DNA of 63,424 nt, counting the filler, from Folioceros fuciformis (Eukaryota): assembly GCA_049999805.1 (NCBI GenBank). It is 5 parts of 5 records of this genome, joined end to end, with 100 filler letters (N's around TTAATTAATTAA, not from the genome) between each part and the next. Parts side by side here need not be neighbours in the genome. Positions count along the whole stretch, not along the records: positions 35,578 to 53,475 come from JBNGIO010005160.1; positions 53,576 to 62,297 come from JBNGIO010005163.1; 3 more parts are not named here. The stretch is one strand, 5' to 3'. The notes under the pieces are model-generated. The model made no database searches. It worked only from the letters and a program-made list of their open reading frames with translations, and was not told where the DNA came from. The position numbers and the translations under genes were made by a program. This document shows, piece by piece, positions 48,501 through 61,048 of the stretch. How positions within the stretch are numbered: position 1 is the stretch's first letter; each line of letters opens with the position of its first letter.

Positions 48501-51500
48501 GCTGAGAGTGGGCATGGCTGTGCGGCGCTGTGGGTCTGCGGTGCTCTGCAGACGGCAGCTAGCTTCCATGCCATGGCTATTGTGCTCTCCATGATGGAGG
48601 CGTATACGCTGAGCGTGCAGCACGAGCAAACGACGCTGCAAATCTTGGAGGGCAAGCTCGGCGCTGAAGATCCCCGTACTCAGGTATGCTGGCCCCGCCT
48701 TGTGCGCTTGTCTATCAGACGCTCCATCATAGTCAGCCGGGTAGGTCATGCTTCTCGCCGGGTGATACGCAGGATTCGGCTGCCTGGCTGCAGTACTTCG
48801 ACTCCAAGGCTGCGGAGCAACAGGAAGCTGCCAGGAAGGGGGCGCCGAAGGCGGATATGTCCATCGCGGTTAAAGGTCACCTTAGGTAGGTAGTTACTCG
48901 TCATCGGTTTGATCTGCTTGGCCTTCGCGTCCCTGCTGCCTGGAGCTTTTCTCACTTGCTCGGGTTCCCATTCATCCTCATGCAGCGTTGCTGACTTGGT
49001 AGAATATATCGGTTCCGAAGTTTCCGACAGAGGTACCTCTAAGGGAGTCGCCCGTAGGCCTATCAAGGTCAGCTTGCCTGCACTCCTATGGCCGTCCTTG
49101 CTCTCACTGCTCGCACCTTACCGAGATGAACATCTTACTTCTCGTCACCGTCTACTCTCACAATACTTTGTTTGCGAATGCTCACTGCTTTATTGTTTAC
49201 TCTGTTCCTTTCGTGGTTCCCTCATTTTCCGCGGGGCGTGAGCGGTATCTTGCAGAGTAAAGGAAAAGGGAGTTCTGTTGAAGGCCTCACGTCTGCGGAG
49301 TTGGACGTCGAGCTCAGCTCTGTTTCTTCAGTCTTACCGGAGGCCAGGGTGTGCACCGCGACAATTGGGGAGGGAATGTGTATGGAAAGTCAACCCTTGG
49401 GTATCATGGAAGAGATGATGAGTCCCACCAACGTGAATTGTGCGCCTTCTCAGGGCAAGTCGAACGGTGTGTCCGAAGTTAATGGACGGCGAAACAGTTT
49501 ACCTGATACAGTGAATAGTGCGTCTATAGTCACTGGCGAGCAGGGCAAGGTGAATGTTGTTTCTGTGGCTAATGGCGAGCATGCCTCAATGAATGGTGTG
49601 TCTGTGGCTGATGGCGAACATGCTGCGGTGAGTGGTGTGCCTGCAGTCAATGGCGAGCGTAGTGAGGTGAATGGTGTGTCTGTAGTTAATGGTGATGGAA
49701 TTAGCGCTACTCTAGCTTTCAATGCTGGGTTTTTAATGAATGGCACGGCTTCGGAACTTGAAGCCAACGTCAGCAGTCCTCCTGTGATCAGCAAGGAGGA
49801 TGAAGGATGGCAAGAAGCAGCACACAGGGGGCGATCTGCCCATGGAAATGGGAGGAGGAATGGAATTAAAGGTTCGTTCATCGGTGTCGGTGTGAAGAAA
49901 GTCTTAGGGAATCGAGAAGTATGGGAGGTTGGAGGCCGGCGATATTGGGGAGTACCTAATGGTAGTGGGCCAGCGAATGGTAATACGTATCATGATAGGA
50001 GCAAAACAGTGAAGCCTGCTCTCCACAGCAGACCTGGGTCACCTGGGCTTGCAAATGCCTCCGAAACAAGTAGGAAGGTGATCTTGGGTCCCGGTCCCCT
50101 TGGGAAGCAGCAGCTACACTCGAAAGTGGCTGTGCCTGGTGCTGACTCTCTGTCTAGTGACCCTAAGGTCAACGGTGCTACCAACTATGGTGCTCCCACT
50201 GCAATGGAGAAGACTGTGTCTGAAAATTGTGTCCCTTCCAGAAGCTTGAACGCTGCTGAGTCTACTCCAGCCCGTTCACCTAGAGCTGGAATTTCGTACA
50301 AGGATGCAGCTCTTGCTCTTCATGTTGATATGAGGCCTCCGCAAGTTGGTGGTAAGGTGAATGACACAGATAACGAGCCTATTGCAGACGGGCAGGCGCA
50401 TAGCTCTTCTGTGGTGAAGAATGTCGGTCAGGATGAAATGGCACTCCAGGACAACGTGGACGTGGTAGAGAAAACTGTCATTCTTCCTGGGAAGAGGTGG
50501 GCTGACGTTGACTTCGATGTCAATGACAAACCTTCAGTGTTAGGGGAAAGAATCCTGAATGGAATCTCTTATGGTGTTGCTAAGGCCTGTGACAATGGCT
50601 TTAAAGCAAAGCACAGCAACGGAGTGGAGAGGCCTGGCCACAAAGACAATGGAGTGATGAAGGACCTTGGAAGAGTGAAAGGTGGATCTAAAGTACGGGA
50701 AGAGAAGCAAAAGCTCAGACTGGGTGGGTCTCTTGCTAAGGTGCATGATAATGGCCATGCAGCTGGACATGGAAACGGGTATATTGACAACTCTTCTAGG
50801 GTGAAGGCAGTTGTCCAAAACGGTCACAGCGACCATGAGCTTGGGCGCAGTGAAGGGGCAAGTTCTGTGTCTGAGGTGAAGTCAGAGACTGGTACTGCTC
50901 CAAATGGGCTTAGTTTGAACAGTAATGGCCATCATGTCAGTGAGGCAAGTACAGGCCATGAAGCTATCCCAGCTGCCGAGGCGGCTACTAGTAACAGTGC
51001 TGAGTGGAATATTACGTTTGGTAGAGTAAAAGAATGTGACATTGAGGCGTCAGTGGAGACTGCAAATTCTGGAGATGCTGGAAGCCATCCTAGCTCTGAA
51101 GCCGTCGGTGAGAGTAAGGAATATGTTGAACCTTTCTCAGAGGTTGGATTAAATGGCATGAACGGTGTTGAGGGGCAGCCCCTTGGTGTAACAGATTCAG
51201 ACTGTGGGGACAGTCCTGAACAGATGCCAGGAAAGGGGACAGGTGTATCAAAGGGAGATATGTTGGTCCAGTCTACAGTGGAGGAAGTTGGAAATGGTGA
51301 GCTTGAGGCATGCCGAGAGAAACCTGCACGCAACCATCATGTGTTGACAAAACTCTCTGCCTCAGCTCCTGCTTTCACTCCCACGTCGAAGCCTGTTACC
51401 AGGGTCGTAGCAGCTGTTACACCTTTCAAAGCTGGAAAGGCACCAGTTCCAGCAGCCTCAACTGTCCGGTCAGCTGTCTTAAGTACAATCCCAACCACCA

Positions 51501-52090
51501 TTGCAGTGACTCCCATCAAAAAGACAAGTCCTCCATTGGTTAGTAGCAACGGTCACCCCCAGGTACCAGGGGGTCTTACTCCTCACATTGTGCCCACCTC
51601 AGGCTCTATTGTGCAGCCCGAATCTTCTTCTTCTTTCGGCAAGTGGTCAGCCAGTGCTGGGAGTTGTGGTGGTGGTAGTGGTGGTGGTAATGGTGGTGTA
51701 ATCAAGGCAAGGGTTGTGGACGAGAAGAGGGTGACCATGAATCCAAATGCCATGGAATACATTCCCAGGACTATGAATCCAAATGCTGCCGTATTTGTCC
51801 CTTCGAGGATGCTGGGATTTGGTGAGGCAGTATCTAACAAGTCAGGTAGTTCTGTCATCTCAGAAGGTTCAGGAGTAGTTAGGTTTTTTGTACGATCACA
51901 GGATGATGGCAGCAGCGTGGATGGAGTCATTCCTTCTCCGAGTGTGGCTGCTGATGCCACAGCAGCTATACTTTTGGCTCAAGGCAGGAAAGATGAGTCA
52001 TCGGTCATTGAGAGTAGCAAGGTTACTAGTAGTTCGACTCTCAATCCGGATGCTGAATGCTTCGGAAATTCTGAAGAACTATCCTCTTAG
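42593..52090 (+). CDS. REC: CLU-domain/TPR protein of the REDUCED CHLOROPLAST COVERAGE / TSS family, multi-exon
   Basis: [10 protein letters not shown]...[78 protein letters not shown], TPRs ([19 protein letters not shown]) and a long low-complexity last exon. Confidence 0.92.
49511..49700 (+). repeat. Coding 39-bp (13-aa) imperfect tandem repeat, 4-5 copies
   Basis: [13 protein letters not shown] / [13 protein letters not shown] / [13 protein letters not shown] / [10 protein letters not shown]. Confidence 0.85.
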
Positions 52091-53475
52091 CTGAACGCAA
52101 CATGCATCATGTCCAGGGTAGGAGGAGGTGCAGAATGAAGACGCCGATCAGAATTCGTGCCGGTAGAGTACGCAAGTCCCTTGGATCAGCGGATGGTTTT
52201 GGATCTTTTGAAGTGAAGAAAAATTTGCTAAAGAGTTTTGGTGGATGGGGAGTGGGGAGCACATGCTCAGGTATTGATGCGGGAAGATATCTGATGTGGG
52301 TACCCACGGCATCAACATCTGAGCATATTTGTCTCTTTGGAATGAGCGATGGGTGCAGTTGGTAGTATGGTTAAGTTAATATGCAATCTCCGAGTCTTGA
52401 AGGTGTACATTGCTAAATAAAAGTTGGGAAAGTCTTCCAGCTTCTTTCGGATTAGATTGTGAGGTTTGGGAAAGTAGGGGAGAATCAACGGCTGCCTCTA
52501 TCTTTTGATTTCTTGGCAGTGAACAGTGCCGTTGAAACATTTTGTGAGATGAGGTAAATGGCGTAGGAGAGGGAAGTGGTGACTTCCAGCTAATCGAAGG
52601 GAATGAAAGGTGTTACCCCCCGGTGACGCTGACTTTCAGCTATCCAACTGTGTTGGGCTTAACAGCAATACTTAAGGTTTGACATTACTTACTCTTCAGC
52701 TGCGCATTTTGTAGAGGCGTAGCTCCCAGTTTGAGGGTGATACAGACGGTGCTCAATCTGGCGCAAGATGCCAGGATGATGGTAGATGAGTCCCATAGCC
52801 TGGGCGGGGCATTCCGGGAAATAAACGTTCCAGGCCATTCGTTTCCTGGAGAAGACTGACTGATCCTTCCTGAACCGAGTCTGAAGCATACAGACACGCG
52901 TAACATCTCCGAAGCCCTGGGGGCAGTGCTTTGCTTCGTGCGTGTCGGAACGCCGGTGTGGGAATGTTCCAGGTTTGTCCTGGCTATTCCCGTTCTCTTC
53001 ATTCCATCCTATGAGACGCGATGTGCCGAAGCGCCTTGTCTTGTACCACAAGAACTTCAAGGTCCTACTTTCACATCCAAACCACGTTCGATTCACGAAC
53101 GAGGCGTGGACTAATTAACCAAGTGCGGGGGTTTGAATGCGCCGTTTTCAATCAGTCGTTTCATTTCTACTTAATTAAGCTGTAGAGAGTCGTGAGGCCG
53201 CCAATCATGTATCCTGCCAAGTACAGTACTGTGGACCCCACTCTCTAAACTCTAAATGTTCACCCTCTCTAAATGTGAAGTAAGGTTAAATATTATTTTT
53301 TTATTTTTTTATAAATGTTATATGCTACTTATTTTATAAAAATAGGCACTCTCAACCACTATAATCCAATTCTATAAATAATATTTTAATTTTATATATA
53401 AAAATTATATATATTATGCTTAAAATAATATGGATACTATAAATATTTAACTTATCTAATCACAATGCGATAAAA

Positions 53476-53575
53476 NNNNNNNNNNNNNNNNNNNNNNNNN
53501 NNNNNNNNNNNNNNNNNNNTTAATTAATTAANNNNNNNNNNNNNNNNNNNNNNNNNNNNNNNNNNNNNNNNNNNN
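53476..53575. other. Artificial contig linker
   Basis: N44-TTAATTAATTAA-N44. Confidence 0.98.
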
Positions 53576-54482
53576 AGGTTCGCATCTCCGAGAACTGTGA
53601 TATCTCGGGTTGCTTCCATGGAAAGTGCCGCAGATCTTCAGGTCGAAGCGTGGCGCTCGGTGGCAGATCGAATAAAGGAGGCAAGAATTTTGCTGGCCAG
53701 AGAAGCTACCATCACAAGCGAGGACCCCGAGCTGGACTTGTTTCTGAAGGACCGGCAAGGAAACGTTCAGGCAACTATCAGCAGCTCCAACAGTTTCTTC
53801 AGCCGCGTGTTTGGGGAGAGGTGGGCCGATGCGCGGGTGGAGCTGGAAGGGGCGAAGTCCTTGACCTGCAATGTGCGCAATGTCACCTTTCAAAAAGTTG
53901 CTCCCGATTTCCTCGCAAACCTGCTCAACAGTCCCAGTAAGTGGAAACCGAACATCCAACGCTTGGAGCTGAGATGGCCTACCAGCGGGTATGTCTCTGA
54001 GCTCTACAATCTTCTCTAAAGTGCCTTCACTCTCCACTGTGACGCTGTCGCTAATGGCTGTGTATCGCAGGCCCAAGGATTTGTACGTGGTGACGGAAAT
54101 TAAGTACGCGAAAAGCATGGTCATCGGCGCCACGGACAGGAGTAGCGTGCAAGTATCCGGAGGCGTTGCTGCACCTGCAGCTACACCCTCGCTTGAGGCC
54201 GAGTTGATGGTTACAAAGACAAAACAGGGGGACTGGAACATCACTGCTCCATTCCCGGGATCGTCATTTCCTTTTGCTTTCACAGTCACGCGCATCCGGT
54301 ACCGCCATGACGGTACGTTGATAGACATTGCTCCCGACATGGGCAAAAGCCGGCTGGAGAGGCGAGGAGAAACATTACAGTCGATTCCACTGACTCCATC
54401 CTCAAACCCTGAGTTCCACATGGGGGAACTGTTGGTTTCTGCCGGCGATGTTATCGTGGATCGGATCCCTCTACAATTGTGA
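53576..54482 (+). pseudogene. Unknown protein, 5' truncated by the gap and split by a frameshift near 54015
   Basis: Overlapping protein-like ORFs 53597-54019 and 53991-54482 join as ...ELYNLL/SKVPSLSTVTLSL if one CT unit is restored in CTTCTCT. Confidence 0.5.
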
Positions 54483-55601
54483 ATGTTAGGATATTTTCGG
54501 ACATTATGTGTGCTAGCTACCTAATCAGTGCGTTTGACAAGCCAGGGAGGTCCTTGACGGTGCTCAGAAGGCGCATTCTTGGGTATCCAAGCAAGCAGAA
54601 TCTTTTCATGGCTGTAGTGATTCCAGCAGTTCCAGCTCTAGTAGGTCCTCATTTTTTTGTAATGCTGTTCTTGTCGAGTTCTTCGGGAGGCCATGGGCAA
54701 TAAATCCCAATTGCTTGCTTTCCTAATGCAGTTGCTGGAGCTGGTCACAGCACCAGTGGCTTTTTAATGAATGAGGCCAGTGGGGGCTTTAATCAACAAC
54801 GCATTGGAGTAATTTTGTGCAACATTGCATCGAATTTTTGTATACCTACAATAGCTGTATTCTTGTGTTTTGTCATTGACGTAGTAGATGCCTTTGTTGG
54901 ACACTGCACTGATATGGTTTTTGTATTAGTTTGCTGTGGTCTATCGTTGGGTATACCGAGTCTAATTCTGAGCACCGAATTCGTGATGCTCGTGTTGCAA
55001 GTTTCATCAGATAACAGATGCTGTGGTTGTTGCGCACATCCTGAATGCTATCCAAGCAAGCATAAACTTCGCTGTAGAGTCAACTACAATGCCTTGCGAT
55101 TCACTCAACCAATTTTGAATTTGGGTGTGAAACTCTTGTGTCTCGAATCAAGCAGAAAAGTGGGCGTTTCATAGCTTTGCATCTAAGGTAAGTTCGCTAC
55201 ACAAATGAGGTCGCGGGAGTATGGCAGGGTGATGCTGATGATTTTTATGTAGCATGAAATTGAGGGCTTCTTTCCAGAACAAGTCTTCATCTCGTAATCG
55301 AAACAAAACGAGCTGCCTATCAAGATTTTGGGGCAATGAGAAGCGGGACTTGGGGAATGCTGATGATTTTACGCAGCCGAAAATGAGGCTTCTGCCTATT
55401 TCAAGTCTGTGACAGCGCTTGATCCGACCACACCGGCATGTCTGGACTTTCCTGGGACGCGATTTGTTTGCTACTGCAGCTTCGGACAGGTACGTGTACC
55501 CCACTGCTGCACCTTATGATAGATGCGAAGCTGCAAGTGTTGCAGGGATGTTACATTCTCAGTGCTGCTTTACAGGGGTGGACTATGGGTTTAGGGTTTC
55601 A

Positions 55602-56494
55602 TGATTGGAAGGTTGGACGGTTCAAACCGATCGGTCATGAGGATGAACTCAGGAAACGGTGCAAACGAAGGATCCTCATGACCCATCGGTTTCATGATTC
55701 CTCCTTCGCCAAAACTTATGGCTCGACCCCCTTCTCCCATTGAGACGGTCGTAAGTTTACGACCTTCTCCCACCGTCTACCATACAGGACCTCGGCCCGT
55801 AAGGCTTACGGCCGCATCCGTCTAGACCATCGTACGGCGCCTAGTCAAAATCCTAAGTGTTCTACGGCCGCTACGTCTGGCCTGTCTACTTACGCTACAA
55901 AGATGTCTAGCTTACGGCGGCTTGGTACAGTCTACTCTACTGAAAACACCTAAGTCCTATTGTACGTCTAACCTACGCCCGACTTACTTGGACCTCGTAG
56001 GAGCCAGCCTTGCCTTGTTGGTTGGTAGCCCTTGTTTTTGCAAGTCGTCGCTACAGCGTTCGTCTGCACTACCACGGCCACCGTTAGTTGGAATGTAGAG
56101 AATTATAGGATGGAATCATTACATTTAGGGTGGCCTGCCTCTTGTCTTTGCAAGCAAGCCAATACATAAAAACAGTTATATATCTTTCTATAAAAGTTGA
56201 TATATATATATAAGTTATTCATCTATAACTTATATAGCATACTTAATAACTTAAAAATGAATCGTGCCCTAACCCTATCTAACTTATATTTTAGCTCTCC
56301 AACTAGGTTAGAATAGAGATTGTGGTTTCTTCCGTTAATTTCGTTCTTAGCCTTTCATCTTCCAAGTAGTTTTCTTTCCTAGTGCTCTTCCTTTCAAGTG
56401 CTCTAGCTTTGCGTTTGAGAATTGAGAACTTAACTTGTTTGAATCACACCACTTTCTAGATCAGCGCTCGCATTCCTAAATTGCAAGCACGTCA
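55602..56494. mobile_element. LTR-like repetitive non-coding segment
   Basis: Many short reiterated motifs (TACGGC, GTCTA), a TA-rich core and possible TG...CA ends, but no clean target-site duplication. Confidence 0.35.
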
Positions 56495-56517
56495 TCCCAC
56501 ATCCAGTCAACCCACAT

Positions 56518-56830
56518 TCAGTCAAAGTCGTACCCAAAATCCATGCCCTGGGCCAAGGCAGTCTCCTTGAAGGCCTCCAAACTCTTCGCAATATTATCCA
56601 TGGCCACAGCCATCAGCAGCTTCTGTTTGGGCTCGGGCCCTTCATTTTCGTATGTCAGCATCTCCTCTTTTACCTTCTTGCTGGGTGCGCGAGCAAGCAC
56701 CGTCCCCACGGGTGTGGCCTGGACCTTGGCCTTCGCCAGTGCCGGAAGAGCCGTCTCCCCTTCCTCCTTGATCTCCTTCTTTGGAACGTTGCAGGGCTTG
56801 CCAAGCTTCTCCCGACCATCTTCACCATAG
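56518..56830 (-). CDS. Isolated charged terminal exon or fragment of an unknown gene
   Basis: Reads ...PKKEIKEEGETALPALAKAKVQATP...KKVKEEML...MDNIAKSLEAFKETALAQGMDFGYDFD*; upstream exons not identified. Confidence 0.35.
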
Positions 56831-57374
56831 TGCCGAAAAAATGTGCATTAATTTATAGATGTTCAAAGAACCTGCTCTCCCATTGACCTTACAACTATCC
56901 ATCATCCTAAACTTCTCAAAAACTCCCTGCATATCTATGCTTGTGTGCAACCCATACAGTGCAACTGAACGCTCCTTGGTCTTGCAAGAATCCCTGGTTT
57001 GAAAACATTTTGGTGGTTCAGGGAGGTCCTCCTCACATATATGGAGGACATGGAAAAGTCAGCAATCAAACTTCCGAAAGGCTGGCTATCATTGATGTAT
57101 GGAGGGAATGGAAAACTTAGCAAACAAACTACACAAAGGCTGGCTATCATTTAGCAGCTCTGCACCCGAGTGCGTGCAGTGGGGTGTGTCATGGCTTGCT
57201 TGCACAGTACTTATTTATTTACTTACTTACTTTGATAATCACCACCGGCACGAACGGTTCCGCCTACATACTTGAGCGCGTACAACTTCATCAGGGTTCG
57301 GGGGCCCTGGATCGGGCCGCTTTTCATCTTCGCGGGAACGACGGCGTGATTCTTCCCAATAATACTTTAAAGCA

Positions 57375-57625
57375 TCCGAAGAACCACCTAGATCACCGGT
57401 AGAATCACCTGCTCCACCGTAATAATCAACTGAACTGCCCGAAGAATCAACTGAACTGCCCGAAGAATCACCTGATCCACCCGAACAATCAGCTAATTCA
57501 TACGACGAATTATCACCTGATGCACTCGTAGAATCAGCTGAACCGCTCTGACAGAATCGCCTGGATCACTCAACTCAAACATCACATGACGAAAGAACTG
57601 ATGAATCACCGAGCAACACCTAAAT
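57375..57625. repeat. Degenerate 21-bp minisatellite
   Basis: Core AATCAACTGAACTGCCCGAAG repeated twice exactly, flanked by diverged copies containing AATCA(C/G)CTG. Confidence 0.8.
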
Positions 57626-60600
57626 AACCGGAACAATCACTTTCATCGTTGCCAACGTGAATTGCAGGAGGACTCGTATTACATTGTTCATCGCCTCCAG
57701 CATCAGGGCCACCCTTACCTCCATCGCCATCCATTACACGAGGCTCATGAATCTGTATCCTTCGCCTCTGGTCTCTAGAGGAGAAGGCGTGCGGTGACCG
57801 GCGACACCGTGGATGGCACCAGATAAGAGGCAAAGGGATGCTGGATGGATGTTAATCGCAGAGGTCTGTAAAATATTTAGGATAAGATGGACAGTCGGTC
57901 GTCAAATTCAAACCTCTACACTTCTGATGATCTGAAGCCTTCCCCTTTCTTGGCTTCAGGAATGAAAGGGAAATGCTAAGAAGGACGTTCGACGTTATTT
58001 GAGAGAATCCTCTTTGTTTGAACTTAGCTTTTATGATTTGAGAAACTGCGATGCGAGTTCGAGATTCCTGTGACAGACAGTCAAAAGGTCGGATTGGACG
58101 CTGGATATGTATCACTCTGTGCTCTCTGCAGGCGCTTCGCAGTGACGTCCATTTCACTACATGGTTCTGAAGCAGCAAAGTTTCCAGCATGCTTTCAGCC
58201 TTATCGGGGTGAATCTAGCTAGTTCGAAACCGACATAGCAAAATAGCCGCAATAAAGCTAAAGACGATTTCCTCGTTTTCTACAAACGGTTTTGGCTGGA
58301 TGCTGCACCACATGGCTGACAATCTTACCTTCTCAGATTCCGGCTCTGAAAGATCCTATACAGGCCATGACCCAATGTTCCCACGCGCCTCGTTGTTGCG
58401 GTGTGAAGTGAAGCTCAGAACGTGCCCCATTGGTGCTGTGACACATTAGCCTCGACACAAGACGTGGAGACATGGAAGGCGATGCTGAATGGCTAAGACA
58501 GCAGATTAACAGCACAACAGCAATTCGGCGCTGTCAAGAGATTTGTAGCAAGAGAGGGTCGAGCCTGATGATGCCACTTCTTCTCTGTCTCCTCAATGGC
58601 CCTGTCTCTGAGGGTCAGTATTGAGAACAACCCTGCCAACGACCAGCCTGATGTAGACCAGGATTAGCTCCCTGATCTACTCTAATACCATTAATAGCAA
58701 AGGCATTACAAAGCACTACGAGACCCAAACAGTTATCCATGAAGCTGTGTAGTGGAATGGTCATCTACTATTACACATCCACAGCTTCTGATATTCACCA
58801 GCATTTAATGAGATTCGTCTATTTGGAGCTGCTCAACAAGGACGAACATGTTGGAAATTTTTCTTTGCACCTGATTTGGACCAACCTTGGGTGCACCTCG
58901 AATGATGACAAAAGAGCTGTTAAGAGTAGACGCCGATTCACTCATGTCTGCATTGCCTCCGGACAAGAATCTGTGACCCTAGATTAGGCTGATGCTGAGA
59001 GTAACATCAAACGCACTCCGTTCCGACAGGAATCTGTAAGCCTCATGCTGAGAGGAATATGACATGACCATAAGGTAAGAGAGTCGTCTTCTTCAGCTCT
59101 GGGTTCCTCGGCTGGATGACTGCCACCTTGTATTCTTCCACCGCAATATGCTGTTGTACCAACAGTATTGCGAAATCGGGAACCGCACCCTTCAAGTATT
59201 TGTTGAAAGCAAACTTCGCAAGCAGGTTACAAACTACAGCAGCAGTGCAACTCAATGATTCTATCCAAGCAGGACTCGGAAGCCTGAAAAGCACCAAACA
59301 ATATCACACAGCGCTCATGCGAAACAGCGTCGAGATCTCGATTGTCCATGGAAGCCCTTCGAAATTTTGTCCTCGCTAGGCATCATATCCATTGGCCAGC
59401 TTCTTCCCTGATACATGAGTATGCAGCACCTACCTGCATCGTCTTGCCATATTTGTGTTCAGCAGTTGTCAAGACACAATGAGATAGTTGCACAGGAGTT
59501 GTCCTTGTGCCTGACGAACAACGATTGATCCAAACAATGCGCTGAACATGCTTGCGCATCACAGTTCATGCCTGCCGCCGTTCCTTCAACAGATCATACT
59601 TTGAGCAACCCTAGAAACGTCTCCACAGCCATGTCCCAGATGTGCAGAGTTTCGCACATAGGTCACAACCCGATGCTTTGCTTAACGATGTCATCAGGAA
59701 TGGGTTGTCAGCTACATATTTCTCTTTGTAACTCCTGCTCTGCACTGTAAATTGCCAACACTCTGCGATCGCAAGGAACTTACACTTGGTCCGCCGATGT
59801 CCGTGAGCATGCTAGGGCTTCCACTTGCAACAATAACACTGCTAATCCCGGTCGGATGCCCCGATTCAATCGCTTGTCCCCTCCTATCACAAGACATCTG
59901 AGTCTTGCTCGTGCTCGAAATCGAGTTTGCGACTTTCACTTGGACTTTTGATGTGGAGTGAAGAGTGTGCGAGAGTTGATATCTCTTTTCACAAATCCAG
60001 ATTCTTCCCATCTGCGGCCATGGGATGGACTTTCCTAGGCTTATCCAGAGGCTGTCAAGGATGGATTCTCCCCTTTCCTCGACTGGGTGGTGAAAGCGCG
60101 TCTCCATTACTCTGTAGAAAGTGCTGGCCAACAAGTGCACGTCTGGCACCTTCAGCTGTGGTATGTAGGCCCTTCGTCGTCTTTTTGGAGTTTATCTCCC
60201 TTTCCATCGTCAACTCTCAGCTTGGATTGTTTCTCCTCATTCTCCATCTCTTTTCAAAAAATTCTCCCATCTCCTTTCAATAAATTTGTAAGTCCTTTCC
60301 CAAGTGCCTGCTTGAAAAGTGTTGCAAAGTTTCTTCATGCATTGCCGTGAAGAATATGACACATTCTCCAGGCCAGGATCAAGAATGTCATCATCAGCCA
60401 ACACATTCTCCAGTGAGGGGAGAGGGTACCTGTGAAGGTAACATCCCTCGCAGGTCACGTCCTCCGTGTTTCCGCAATTCCTTCAAACCTAGATTCCATC
60501 CTTTTTGAAAAGCGAGAAACACTGAACTGACGAACTGTTCTTCCTGACAACACTGTTGGAGTGCGGACAACGCGAGGCGCAAATTATTAGGGTCTGTCCA

Positions 60601-60920
60601 CGAAGCATCAGAATGTGGTCGTGGGGCCACGTCTTGCCGAAGTAACCGCGACAACTGAGGCTCCGAGGTTAGCCAACGCCAACAACCGCGTACTGGCTCC
60701 TGGGTCCCCGGGACGTGCCCTCGCCGGCATTGATTGAGTGCAGGACGCTCCTTCCGGCCGAGACGTTTTCTTCGCGACCGTCCGGCCTCCTCCAGCTCAA
60801 CACCTTCCCCCTCCTAAATGTCTCTTCCATCGTCGCTTGCCCCTCCAACCTCTTAGAGTCACTAGTCGAGATCACTCTCATCGCGCGACACGATTTCCAC
60901 GCATCCGCCTTCAAGTCGCG

Positions 60921-60957
<37 letters not shown>
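60921..60957 (+). repeat. Poly(A)37 tract
   Basis: 37 uninterrupted A residues. Confidence 0.98.
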
Positions 60958-60960
<3 letters not shown>

Positions 60961-61048
60961 ACGATTCGAGTGGGGAGTTTGACAGACTTGCGAACGGTTG
61001 CCACTAGCTCCAGCTCCGGCTCTGGCAGCGCACTTGTAATCTTCTGCG

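Noticed and set aside
53220..53475. Very AT-rich tract at a contig end, possible MITE
   Set aside because: The second terminus is lost in the gap, so no terminal repeat pair or target-site duplication can be shown.
57375..57625. CRISPR-like periodic array
   Set aside because: Units are contiguous and degenerate with no unique spacers, there are no cas genes, and the context is eukaryotic.
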